This document shows positions 14,068-27,302 of a DNA stretch of 64,000 nt, piece by piece (position 1 is the first letter of the stretch; each line of letters starts with the position of its first letter). This DNA is from Octopus vulgaris. Lineage: Eukaryota. A program made the position numbers and the translations under genes. A model generated the notes under the pieces. That model was not told where the DNA came from and did no database searches. It saw only the letters and a program-made list of their open reading frames with translations. Where the stretch lies: positions 123,442,001-123,506,000 of the forward strand of contig OX597814.1 of the NCBI GenBank assembly GCA_951406725.2, given 5' to 3'.

Positions 14068-14311
14068 ACTCTTTTACGCTTTACTCTTTTACTTGTTTCA
14101 GTCAATTGACTGTGGCCATGCTGGAGATCCGCCTTTAGTCGAGCAAATCGGCCCCAGGACTTATTTTTGTATGCCTAGTGCTTATTCTATCGGGCTCTGA
14201 TGCTGAACCGCTAAGTTACAGGGATATAAACACACCAACATCAGTTGTCAAGCAATGTTAGGGGGACAAACACTGACACATAAACATTTACACACACACA
14301 CACACAACACA

Positions 14312-14365
<54 letters not shown>

Positions 14366-14545
14366 GTATATATACATATATATGACAAGCTTCTTTCAGT
14401 TTCTGTCTACCAAGTCCACTCACAAGGCTTTGGTCGGCCCGAGGCTATAGTAGAAGACACTTGCCCAAAGTGCCACGCAGTGGGACTGAACTCGGAACCA
14501 TGTTGTTGGTAAGCAAGCTAATTACCACACGGCCACTCCTGCACC
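14068..14545 (-). mobile_element. SINE family A, full length
   Basis: Head, microsatellite and tail as in the other copies. Confidence 0.9.
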
Positions 14546-15142
14546 CTACATGCATACATATATACGGGGGGGAAAGAGTAGGAGAGGGGGAGGAGGGGAG
14601 GGGGAGGATGAGGGAGGGATGAGAGGAGGGGGAGGAAGAAGAGGAGGAGGGAGGAAGAGGAGGTGGAGGGAGGAAGAGGAGGTGGAGGGAGGAAGAGGAA
14701 GAGGAAGAGGTGGTTTGAACATATATGGCTACAGCTATAAGTTGGTGTGTCTCTATAAGAAAGAGAAGTGAGTACATTAAGTGAACTTAGATGGAAAAGG
14801 ACACGGCTTTTTAGTTGAGAGGAGTAAGTAGTGGTGGAGAGGAAATAATGTGTTTTAGGAGGCCAGTGATTGAGGCATGTTTGTGAGTGTGTCTTTTACA
14901 ATCAGATAACTAGTCTTCTTTTGGATGTGGTCTAGGATGTGTATGTATGTAATAACATCACTTGCTGTGGATCAGGGCATATGTTTGTGTGTAACAACAG
15001 CATTTCACACATCTTTGAACAATACTATAAACTGGAACTCCATCAGTTACAACAACAAGCCTTCCAGTTGATCTGATCGATGGAACAGCCAGCATGTAAA
15101 ATTAATGTGCAGAGACATATACTCTTAACATAGTTAACATAT

Positions 15143-15558
15143 AAGGCAGCGATCTGGCAGAAACGTTAGCACGCCGGGCGAAATGCGTAGCTGTATTTCG
15201 TCGGCCATTACATTCTGAGTTCAAAGTATGCCGAGGTCGACTTTGCCTTTTATCCTTTCGGGGTCGATCAAATAAGTACCAGTTACGCACTGGGGTCGAT
15301 ATAATCGACTTAATCCGTTTGTCTGTTCTTGTTTGTCCTCTCTGTGTTTAGCCCCTTGTGGGTAGTAAAGAAATAGGTATTTCGTCTGTCATTACGTTCT
15401 GAGTTCAAATTCCGTCGAGGTCAACTTTGCCTTTCATCCTCTCGGGTCGATAAATAAAGTACCAGTTTTGCACTGGCGTTGATGTAATCGACTTAATCCC
15501 TTTGTCTGTCCTTGTTTGTTCCCTCCATGTTTAGCCCCTTGTGGACAATAAAGAAATA
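15143..15558 (+). mobile_element. tRNA-derived SINE family B with tandem body duplication
   Basis: ggcagcgatctggcagaaacgttagc...gagttcaaa B-box-like head, body repeated from about 15377. Other copies at about 11925-12160, 26790-27510 (minus), 37900-38020 (minus), 48750-48960 and 63938-64000. Confidence 0.85.
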
Positions 15559-17424
15559 TATACTATTAACATAGTTCTCAAGGAGATTCAGAGTGACACA
15601 GAAAGTAACAAGGCTGGCCCTTTGAAATATAGGTACTGCTTGTTTTTGCTAGCTGAATGGACTGGAGCAATGAGAAATAAAGTGTCTTGCTCAGGGACAA
15701 AACATGCCACTGGGAATTGAACTCATGACCTTATGATTGCTAGTCAAGCACCCTAGCCACTAAGCCATGTGCCTTCACTCAACAATAATATAATATTATC
15801 TTGGCTATTTGCATGTGTAGTAATAACAGCAGGATCTCAGTTATGTAAGCTGGTCCTTTGAAATGTGGATACTATTTAGTGGGCTGGAGTAATGTGAAAT
15901 GAAGTGTCTTGCCCAAGGACCCAATGCACTGTTGGTAATCAAACTCACAACCATATGATTGTGAACTGAATAACCTAACTACTGTTATAGTACACTAGAG
16001 TTAATAGATTGTGGGTCAGAAAGCACCATGTCAATACACACACTGTGATGAAATATTCTAGCTGGAGACTTACAATCAAAGAGATGAGAGATGGACGGAG
16101 TCCATAAACAAGCAACTTCACAAGAAAATTCTCACTTCAGACATCATAAAAGGCTTAAATATGTCAAGAACATCATCATCCTGATCTAATGTCAATTTTC
16201 CATGCTGACATGGATTGGCTGGTTTGACCAGAGATGGCAAGTTGGAGAGCTGGACAGGGTTCCAATCTGATTTGGCTTGGTTTTTATGGCCAGATGCCTT
16301 TCCTAATGCCAATCACTTTACAGAGTGTACTGGGTGCTTTTTCCGTGGCACCAGCACAAGAAGAACATTGGGTTAAAAAAGAAACGGGACATTATTGATG
16401 CTGCTAATTAATTTGCATGGTGTTTTACAGCTTCTTTATGTCGGATGCATACCTTTCCTTCATTGGACACTAAACTCTGTTTGCGAAGACCTGTTGAGGC
16501 AAGTGAAATCGAAATCAAATTTCGTGCTAGTGGAGTGCTAAGAGAACCATCCAAGTGTGATCGTTGCCAGAGCGGCTAACTGGCTTCTGTGCTGGTGGCG
16601 TGATCGTTACCAGCGTCGCCTTACTGGCACGTGAACAAAATATTTGAGCGAGGTCATTGCCAGTGCCGTTGGACCGGCTCCTGTGCAGGTGGCACGTAAA
16701 AAACACCATTTAAGCATGGCCGTTGCGAGTACCACCTGACTGGCTCCCGTGCCAGTGGCACGTAAAAGCACCCACTACACTCTCGGAGTGGTTGGCATTA
16801 GGAAGGGCATCCAGCTGTAGAAACACTGCCAGATCAGATTGGAGCCTGGTGCAGCCATCTGGTTCGCCAGTCCTCAGTCAAATCGTCCAACCCATGCTAG
16901 CATGGAAAGCGGATGTTAAACAATGATGATGATGATGATGATGATGATGTCCTGGCTTCAATGTTTTGTTTGTTTAGTTGTGCACAGATCTGGTGTGTAT
17001 TGTTTGAGATTATCTCTAGTTTTTATCAGCAGACACATGGCTTAATGGTTAGGGTGTTCAGTCTTTTGAACATGGAATAACCCAATGACCAGACATGACT
17101 TCACAGAAGATAGCAAACAAACAACAATGCTTGTATGACAGTGACATCCATTTACAATTAGCACATGCTGTTAAGATAAGAAGATGCCAACACATATACT
17201 ATTTTATCTTTTACTTGTTTCACTCATTTGACTGTGGCCATGCTGGAGCACTGCCTTTAGTCGAGCAAATCGACCCCAGGACTTATTCTTTGTAAGCCTA
17301 GTACTTATTCTATCGGTCTCTTTTGCCGAACTGCTAAGTTACAGGGACATAAACACACAAGCATCGGTTGTCAAGCGATGTTGGCGGGACAAACACACAC
17401 ACACACACAAATATATATATATAT

Positions 17425-18200
17425 ATATGAATAAATGAAAGAATGGAGTCAAACGAAGATGTTAACAAAATTCCTTTACTCTCGACACATGTTTCAAAGA
17501 CAGCATGTTCTCATTCCAAAGGAATAAAGGGTGCATTATGCAATCTTCTCATCAGGAAAGAAAGGGAGCCTCTCTGGACAACAAGACAAACAAAAATTTT
17601 GATGATTGCCTACATGGTAAACAAAGCGATAATGAGTGTTTCTTTAAAAAAAGAAGAATTGATGCTAAAAAAAGAAGAATTGATGCTAAAAATAGATAGT
17701 AGGAAGAGAAGGGATAAAGTAATAATAGGTAGGGAACAGTATGTTTGCTGTATGTATGGAAATGTGTGGGTGTGTGCTTGTGTTAATGAGTGCGTGCGTT
17801 TGTGTGTGTGTGTATGTGTGTGTGTATAACTGCATTTGTGTCTGTGTGTGTGATTGTGTGTGTGAGAGAGAGACAGATGTCAAAGATAGATAGTAGGAAG
17901 GGAAGGTATAAAGGAATAATAGATAGGGGACAAGTGAAGAGGGAAGGGTACTTTGATTGAAAGAATGTTCGAAGGCTTAGGAAAGAATTTCTCTATAGCA
18001 GTGTGGTGGACATAAAGCTAATTGTTCAAACCACAGTGACTATCGTTATCATTTATATGAGTAGAAAGTGTGTTTCTACCAGTGTTTACATTTGTACGAT
18101 TTTTCTATGAGTGTGTTTACTAGGGGAACCTTACCGAAAAGAATATAGATATTAAATTTCTAAATATCTCATAGAGATATGTACGGTGGTGGAGCGATAT
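17425..18200 (-). mobile_element. Penelope-like element 3' remnant inserted inside a SINE
   Basis: Carries the hammerhead at 17479-17560. It splits a family-A SINE (tail 17205-17410, head 18230-18390) at its microsatellite. Its end shares sequence with 10770-10825. Confidence 0.55.
17479..17560 (-). ncRNA. Type I hammerhead ribozyme motif with intact catalytic core
   Basis: cuuuc-CUGAUGA-gaagau...gucuuu-GAAAC-AUGU-GUC-gagag. Stems I and II pair, short stem III has a palindromic ACAUGU, and the GUC cleavage triplet is at 17486-17484. Confidence 0.75.
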
Positions 18201-18669
18201 ATATATATATATATATATATACATACATATATACAACGAGCTTCTTTTCAGTTTCCGGCTACCAAATCCACTCACAAGGCTTTGTTCAGCCCAAGGCTAT
18301 AGTAGAAGACACTTGCCCAAAGTGTCACGCAGTGGGACTGAATCCAGAACCATGTGGTTGATAAGCAAGCTACTTACCACACAGCCACTCCATATATGAT
18401 GGACTTCTTTTAGTTTCTATCAACCGAGTTTACTCACAAATCTTTGTTTGGTTCAGTGCTAGTGCATAAGACACTCCAAGTGCCATGCAACTATGGTTAT
18501 AAAGCAAACTTTTTATCTATTGTTTTTGGCTTCTGGTTGGTGTATTTTTTATTTTAACTTGGATTGGGAGTTGCCCTGTAGAGTATCCATATGAAATGAT
18601 TGAGTGAGTTTTTAGGGTTATATATTTTGTTTGTTTGTTGATTCGACCTATTTTAGATATGGTATGAAT

Positions 18670-19340
18670 GACTGCGCTGATATGGTCATGTGGTGAGAAT
18701 GGATGAGGATAGCTGTGTGAAAAAGTGTCACACCCTAGTGGTTGAGGGAGCCTGTGGAAGAGGTAGACTCAGGAAGACCTGGGGTGAGGTGGTGAAGCAT
18801 GACCTTCGAACATTAGGCCTCACCAAGGCAATAACTAGTGACCGAAACCTTTGGAAATATGCTGTGTTTGGGAAGACCCGGCAAGCCAAGTGAGACCATA
18901 GCCTCGTGGCCTATGCCAGGGCTGTAACCAGTCCACTAATGCGTACCTTTCCTTCATTGGATACTAAACTCTGCTTGCAAAGACCTGTTGAGGCAAGTGA
19001 AATCGAAATCAAAATCAAATTCGATGACTGGCATCTGTACTACAAGAGTGCTAAGAGCACCACCCGAGCATGATCGTTGCCAGAGCAGATGACTGGCTTC
19101 TGTGCCGGTGACGCATAAATAGCACCATTCAAGTGTGATCATTACCAGCATCACCTTACTGGCATGTAAAAAACACCCACTACACTCTCGGAGTGGTTGG
19201 CGTTAGGAAGGGCATCCAGCTGTAGAAACTCTGCCAAATCAGATTGGCGCCTGGTGCAGCCATCTGGTTCGCCAGTCCTCAGTCAAATCGTCCAACCCAT
19301 GCTTGCATAGAAAGCAGATGTTAAACGATGATGATGATGA
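18670..19340 (+). mobile_element. RTE LINE 3' fragment
   Basis: [15 protein letters not shown]...GRGRLRKTW, 3' UTR and (GAT)n tail. Confidence 0.88.
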
Positions 19341-22299
19341 TTGGATAAATATATCATGCCTGTACCTGTATGGATTTTGTTTATTTTTTCTCCCATGTGG
19401 GTCACATTTTTCTGAAATATTTTCTTAAGTACATGTACTGCAGTGTCTAAGTTGGTTGTGGTGTTATTGTAAACCATACTTCAATTTTTTTAGTAGACTG
19501 GTTCAATAGATTTTGAGATCTATATCTTTGATTTCTTTATTGATATGTGTTTAGGAGATGAGAGAAGAGTTGATGGATTATTTACCTTGTGAGCTGCTGG
19601 CTCTCCAGACTTCAGTCAAACTGTCCAACTCATGCCAGCACGGAAAACGGAAATTAAACAATGATGATAATGATGGTTGTAGTGGCTAGGTATGTGAAGC
19701 TGAAGGTAACATCTGAGGAGAAATTATATTTAGTTTGGTGAGGTGTGTTCTGTGTTGAAGTGAATGTGAAGATAGTTAAGTTTTGATGCTATTGTCTCCT
19801 CTTGTATTATCTGTATTGTTTATCCCTCATGATGTATTGGATGCATTAAAATCTTCTGTTTGGGAGAGTGGTCATAATGTTATAGTTGGAATGTGTAAAC
19901 TATTGATATTGTTGGCATTGGCATGTGTTATGCTGATTTATAGTTTGTATGTTTGCATTTCAGTATTTGAGTCATTTATGGAATCAGGATGTTATGTATG
20001 AAGTCTCTGAAATAGTTTGGCCAATTCTGCTTTATCAAGGAGTAATTAATAAAATATGTCTGTTTAGAACAAAATGTATTAGGTATCACCAGTTAAGCGC
20101 TCAACTTGAGGTTGTGTTCAAAATCTTAAAAAGATGTTTAAGGATTTAACAGAGCCAAAAGAGTACTTATATATTAAAGTATAAATGAGACTGGAATGAT
20201 TATATTGTGATTATTCCAGATATAATCATTCCATTCTCTCTTATACTTTATCAAGGATTATTTAGTGTTTAGAGGTGTTGTTCTGCATTGAAATATTGTG
20301 AAGAAAATTTTATTTCCTAACATACAGGAGCTAAAATTGTATGCTTTATATTTATGAATGAAATGCTGGAATTCCTGAGTTTAGTTTGTTTTGCATGAAG
20401 CTAAGGTATTGAAAAAAGGGGCTAACAGCAATACTTCCAGTTTTTATTGATGTATGATTAGTAATTTGTGTATATGATGTTTAAGTGGTTGTGCATGCTT
20501 ATTTTCCTGGAATGGACTTTTCAATGAATTTTACAACCTGTTTTTTTATTCATCACTTCCTCTGACTATTCTTGTGTTGCAATTTCATAATTTTAAAGCT
20601 AACAACATTTTCTTTTCTAGCAAGTGGTTGGTGTTAGATAGGACATCCAACCATAGAAACTATACCAAAACTGGAATATACTAGTGAAACATGGTCCTCT
20701 GACTTGCCTACAATGTCAGTAATCTAAATTAGAACTGATTTAGGCCATGTCAACTTGTCCCACTTGTGCTAACAGTGAAAGCAAACATAAAAGGATGAGG
20801 AGGATATCCCAAGCTAATTTGTTTAGTATATTCATCTATGGAGATATGCTGTGACTGCGAAGACCCAACAAATGAAGTGAGTTCATGGCTCGCAGGACGG
20901 CCTGCTGTGCTTACCTTGAATTGTAGGGTGACCTGCTGCGCTTGAGGAGACCTATTGAGTCAAGTACTTCAACTTCAACATCAAAATAAAAATCAAATGG
21001 AAATTGTAGTTGTGATACCCGTGCCAGTGACACATAAAAAGCACCGTGGCTGATGCCAGCGCTGCCTTGACTTCCATCTGTGCTGGTGGCGCGTAAAAAG
21101 CACAAACCGATCATGGCCGTCGCCAGCCTCCTCTGGCCCCGGGCATCCAGCTGTAGAAACACTGCCAGATCAGACTGGAGCCTGGTGCAGCCTCCTGGCT
21201 TCCCAGACCCTGGTCAAACCATCCAACCCATGCTGGCATGGAAAACAGACATTAAACGATGATGATGATGATGTGACAGAAGGGTGAGATTTAGTTACTA
21301 TTTTTAGCAGGTTGACAAATAACAAAGAGCTCCCTCTTTGGTTCAACTAATGCAACATTTACATTGTTATATTTAACAATTTCAATTATATTTATTTTAT
21401 TTCATCAACTTGAGACTTATAAAAAAAAAACACAACTAATATCATCATCGTTTAACATCCACTTTTCATGCTTACGCAGATGGGAGAGAATTTGCTGTAG
21501 CTGACTTTCTACAACCAGATGCTCTTCCTGTCACTGACTCACCTGTTTCCAAGCAAAGAAAAATTTCTCCATGGCTAGATGTTTTTCATGGAAATCCAGA
21601 AACTAACATCATTTATATGATGATGCTTGTTTGCAACCACCACACACACAAACTCTCTCTCTCTCTCAAACAAACAAACAAACAAACACACTCATATGAC
21701 AGGCTTCTTTCAGTTTCTGTTAACCAACTTCACACACGAGACTTAATTGGATCCAGACCATTGCTACACAATGGACTGATCCCAAGACATGGTTGGGAAG
21801 CAAGCTTGTTAACCACATAGCTATACTTATGGCTGTGTGAAATGGAATATATTTTCTGTTTCAATCATCATCATCATTTAACGTCCGCTTTCCATGCCAG
21901 CATGGGTTGGACGATTTGACTGAGGACTGGCAAACCAGATGGCTGTACCAGACTCCAATCTGATCTGGCAGAGTTTCTACAGCTGGATGCCCTTCCTAAC
22001 GCTAACCACTCCAAGAGTGTAGTGGGTGCTTCTACATGCCAGTCAGGTGGTACTGGCAATGGCCACGCTCAAATGGTGCTTTTTATGTGCCACCTACACA
22101 AGAGCCAGTCCAGCAGCACTAATCCTTGTTTCCACACTTGAAACTTCTCCTCTAGTTCTGATAATGACTCAGCAATTAGAGCACTATCGGAAGTTTCAAA
22201 TATGGAAACAAGGATTAGAATCGAAGGGCCTTAGAGTTAACCTAGCTAAAACCAAAAAATACAAATAAAAATGTTTTACAATGAAAATGTACAGACAAG

Positions 22300-25200
22300 G
22301 TTAAAATGTTATATACAGAATAAGTTTTATTTAAAATTATTTTACATTATTAGCAATACAGGATAAAGCATAAATACATATATAAGGATGTGAAAATTAA
22401 AAACCTTCTATTATTATCTAAGCATCATGTTAAAAAATAAAGATGGATTTTGTAAAAAGACACAGATGGTCAGAATCTACCCAGCTTGTCAAAACACATA
22501 ATTCCTCACCTACTAGAATGTTATCAAGATAACTGAACAGAATTTGATAGAAAGAAGAGATGACAAGAATATTTAGCAGAAAGACTCATAAGTTATTCAG
22601 CATTGGCTTGGTGGATTTAACCTACACATCCCACTTAAAATGGGATGAGCTACAATTCTCCCAAAGGAATTGCTGGTACTCATCAACATCTGAATACAGA
22701 AACCCAACACAGCACATCTTTTGAGTATCACAAGCAACATTTTTAAAGATGGTATAAATGTATGTATTTGTTTAATCCATACATGGCTCAAATTAGCTCT
22801 GTGTGATGATGGTGGTAGTGGCGGTGGTGGTGGGAAGGGAGATTTCATAATGAAATTACTTGTTAATTAGAAACAACTAATTGACAAATATATTTCAAGG
22901 CCAACACAAAAGACATTGACAAGGAACATGTTCTCATGCTGTCACTTTAGAATTCCTGCTTTAAAATATCCATGCACCATATTCCTTTTCTAATGTTGAA
23001 ATATTATCTAAAAAACAAAAAAGAAAAGTAACTGCTATCTCTCAATCCTAGAACAGAGCTGTAATCAACCGACACCTCAGTATGACCACAACCATTATTT
23101 ATCACAGAGAAGAAAAAAACTAAAACTAGAAATATTAAATCTAAGTGAATTCAAAATATCTTTCCTATTTTAATTTTAACAAAAGAACTTTTCTAAATAT
23201 ATTTTACAGAACTTTTTCGCCATTTTAAAATTTACCTGAATCCACCAGAGAATAGTTTACAAGGAGTATCTAGATGTATTGATTTAGTTATGTCATATAA
23301 TTGAGTGACAGAGTTCTACAGGTCAGTTACATCCCTCAAAGACATTTCTTCCCTAAAATTTGGTGGATTATTTTTTTGGAGTGACACGGGAACAGGAGTA
23401 GAACATCAGAAAAATTATACAAATGTGAAAATCATTACGGACGTCAATAAAAACTTGATTTTATTGTAGATTGGAACTCTTTGAATACTTTGTAACTGCT
23501 ATTGCTCAAGAGCCCAGGAGGAGGGTAAAGTTGTATACAAGGACCCAGGTATGAGAGGGTTAAATTATTAAAAACACTTCAGTGTTCTCTTAACAAAGTT
23601 AAGTTTACACTATATCCAGGTATTTTAATCCAAACATCATTTTCTCCATCAGTTTGGAATCTTCAAAATATCAACGGATACCTCATAGGTAAGAGAATGC
23701 AAATAAAAATGCAGTCTGATCAGTGGGAATACAAGTCCTGGAAATACAACCTCCACTTGCCCTCATTTTGCCAACATGATGAAGTAATTGACATATCTTC
23801 AGATCAAGCAGTACAAATAGATGCAGAAAATGAGACATGAATTGGATTAAATAGACCTACGTAAATCAAATTTACCAGTTCTTATTTGGAGAGGTCGTGA
23901 TAGTGGTGGCAATAGAGACATAACATAATCCAATGACCCTTCACAGAAGCAGTTCCAGTTCTATTATTATAGATTACAAGATGGTTGTTCTTCCCTAAAA
24001 CTAAACTTATAAAGTGTCAATTTAAAATCAGACTTGAAATCAAGAACAAGAAAAGTGGTCTAGTGTTTGAAGCTATATCTCTGATGGACCATATATATAG
24101 CTAACAGGGCTTTCCTATTTTCCTATTATGTCTGAAAAAAATAAAATAAAAAAGATGGTAGATCACAATTGGAATGATTTTAATCATAGCTCTGCTCAAT
24201 CATCAGGTTTGACCTTGAGTCAAGCAACAAAAATACACACACCAAGATCATGATACACTGTTATGCCTTGATTTACTTCTTTTATCCTAATAAATTACTT
24301 TAGAGGAATAATTCATAAATGAGAGTGTCTCAACTAAACGCATAAGAGAAATTAAATGTTGGTGTTATTGGCAACAATATATACAAGATTAGCCACAGCA
24401 AGAAGAGAACCAGTTTCAAAGCTGGTTACGGTAATAGTAGAAGCAGGAGATACTAAGTGCAGAAAATGTGGCCGCACTTGGAATTTACTTGTACAGGTAG
24501 TTCTACATGTGTGGTAATTATGGGATGTACACAATGTAAAATACCCATTTACAGATCAATTGTTTTTTTTTTTCTTTTAAGGCACAGATATTTGCAAGTG
24601 GCATAGCCAAAGAAAGACAGCATGTAGCATAAACAAAGAAAGATGGCATGTGACAGTATAAGAGCCACTGTGCATCTCACTGTCCCCCACCCACCACACC
24701 CCCATATATTGAACTAACTAAATTTCTGTAAAATGGACACCACATTATTGTGGTCATGACAATACAATATACAGACATCAAGTTTATCTACAATTTAGAA
24801 TTAATGATCCAATGAAAATGGTTCAAATGATAAGAGAAAGGAGGATATTTAAGTGCCATAAACAAACAGTACAGGGATTTAAAATTAGGAGCACAACAGT
24901 CAATCTCAAAAGTATAAATTCTCCACAGTCACTCAAAATAATTCTAGAATACAGAATTTATATTTTCTCATTTGAAAACCAAAAATATATATATAAAAAA
25001 AAAATTTCATTTCGAAATATCACGAAAATATTTTCAATTAACAAAATGTCTAAATGAAATGAAACTAATTATCTTCATTTCACAAAAGAATGCATCAAAA
25101 AGTGGGGCTGATAAGGGAAAGATTGAACAAGCAGTTCAGTTCTAAGTGAAAACTAGCAAACGTAAGCATGAAAATCAGATTTTAACGAATATCAAATAAA

Positions 25201-25741
25201 CCAGATGCAAATACCAAATAAAATGAAAAAGAGAACAAAATTAAATAATTAGTGTTTTAAACTTGGTTCATACATTCAGAACTGGACCAATTACATACCA
25301 AGGAAAAGATGAATATATCTCACACACACACACTATATTCACAATCATAGGTGCAGGTATAAATATGTGAATGTTTGTTTAATCTGTATGTATGTTTATA
25401 TATATACATGTACATTGACATATATGCACATAAATTTAATTTTTTTCTCATGTATATACACATATATTTAACATATACTTTTACATATACTTCTATATAT
25501 AAATACATACACATATATACACTTAAGACAGAGAAGCACGCATAAAACATGGAATCTACAAACATATATTTAGTTTGATAAAACTACCCCTTGGTGTAAA
25601 AATAAAATTGTTGTTAGTTTGTTTTATCATTTATTATCAAGGTAGAGATTGTTTCAAATAAAATCTATGATACTGTGACTTTAAGGACACATATCTGAAC
25701 CAAGTTATATAGTAAACAACCCCTTCACAATGGTGCTACAA
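22300..25741 (-). other. Putative long SREBP 3' UTR
   Basis: Unique AT-rich sequence free of the SINE/LINE copies that crowd both sides. AATAAA on the minus strand at 22326-22331 is followed by T/GT-rich sequence. Confidence 0.55.
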
Positions 25742-26052
25742 TTAGCACTTAACAGCCTGTGGTATAGGATAATTGGACAGTTGTGCAACTGAAGGAACCA
25801 AGTCTGGCTTGTATTGGTGTTCTTCAAGAGTTTTTAACAAACTCTGACACATATTTACAGCACGTTTGTCCTGCAGCGTGCCATAAAGATGTGCCGCTTC
25901 TTCAACCATCTGTCTGCGACTCAGATTGTGTCCACCAATTGTTTCGCTTGTGGATGTGGCAGTCGGTAGGTGACAGCTGGCCAGGATCAATGCAGATGCC
26001 TCATCATGATTGCCAAAATGACTTTTATTGTCATGATTCGAGCTGCTTTCAT
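25742..26052 (-). CDS. SREBF: SREBP terminal coding exon L
   Basis: ctaccag| acceptor. Translates [29 protein letters not shown]...[25 protein letters not shown]...QAVKC then TAA at 25742-25744. Confidence 0.9.
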
Positions 26053-27205
26053 CTGGTAGTTGGAAAAATAAAAAATAAAAAATAAACAATAACTTTCATT
26101 GTTATTTAAAACACAATAATAAGTAGTAAATTAAGAAATCACATAAAACAATCGACATTTTAGTCAACATCATCAATCATGAATTTTTATGGTCATATGA
26201 CCAATAGATAAAACTTCACTAACCAACATATAACCATCACTCACTCACCAATATACATGTGGGGTGGTGAGGTGCATGCTCATGTTTCTACCTGATTGAT
26301 AAATCTTCACTGATTAACACAGCATAAAGTAAAAAATGATCAATATGTCAGCAGAAGCACAATCACTCTGGCCTTGACAATACTGATGATCTTGTCCTCC
26401 CAGCAAATCAACTGTGTAATATGCAAGATTTGTTGAGATCCCTTGAGAATGCTGCAGCCAAGACCAGTCAATGAAGTTGAATGCTATCAGCCAATTTGTT
26501 CTAACAAAGGCACACAAATCAAGGAGCTCAGTGATGGAGGAATATAGCTGATTTAATAAACTCAACACTTGATCAGAGCGGAAAGCAAGGCTAACCACAG
26601 TGGAATCTGAACTCAGAACATAAAGAAATATAAATACCATAGGGCAATTTAATAACCATTTCTGCCAATTTTTTTTTTTTTTTGCCCTTTCAAGCCTAGC
26701 CAGACTCATGGGGTTTCCCAGTTTCTGTGGCGTATGTGTTCCCCGCAGCTGGATGGGACGCCAGTCCAACTCTAATTTTTGGCACAAGGCTAGCAATTTA
26801 CAGGAGAGGGGGAAGTTGATTACATTGATCCTAATGTTCAGCTGGTACATATTTCATTAACACTGCAAGGATGAAAGGCAAAGTTAACCTCAGCATCATT
26901 TGAACTCAGAATGCAAAAAAGGATGAAATACTGCTTAGCATTCTGTCCAGCATGCCAACAATTCACTTGCCACCTTCTTAATAATCCTTTCTATTATAGG
27001 CACAAGGCCTGAAATTTTGGGGGATGGGGAAGTTGATCACATCAATGCCAGTACTTGACTGGTACTTAATTCATCGACCTCGAAAGGATGAAAGGCAGAG
27101 TCAACCTCGATGGAATTTGAACTCAGAACATAGCGGCAGGCAAAATACTGCTAAGCATTTAGCCCAGCATGTTAACACCTTCTTCTTCTTCTTATAATAA
27201 TAATA

Positions 27206-27236
<31 letters not shown>

Positions 27237-27263
27237 TCTTTCTACAATAGGCACAAGGTCCAA

Positions 27264-27302
<39 letters not shown>

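Noticed and set aside
14550-14771. Gly/Arg/Glu-rich ORF
   Set aside because: Purine-rich low-complexity tract with no splice or homology support.
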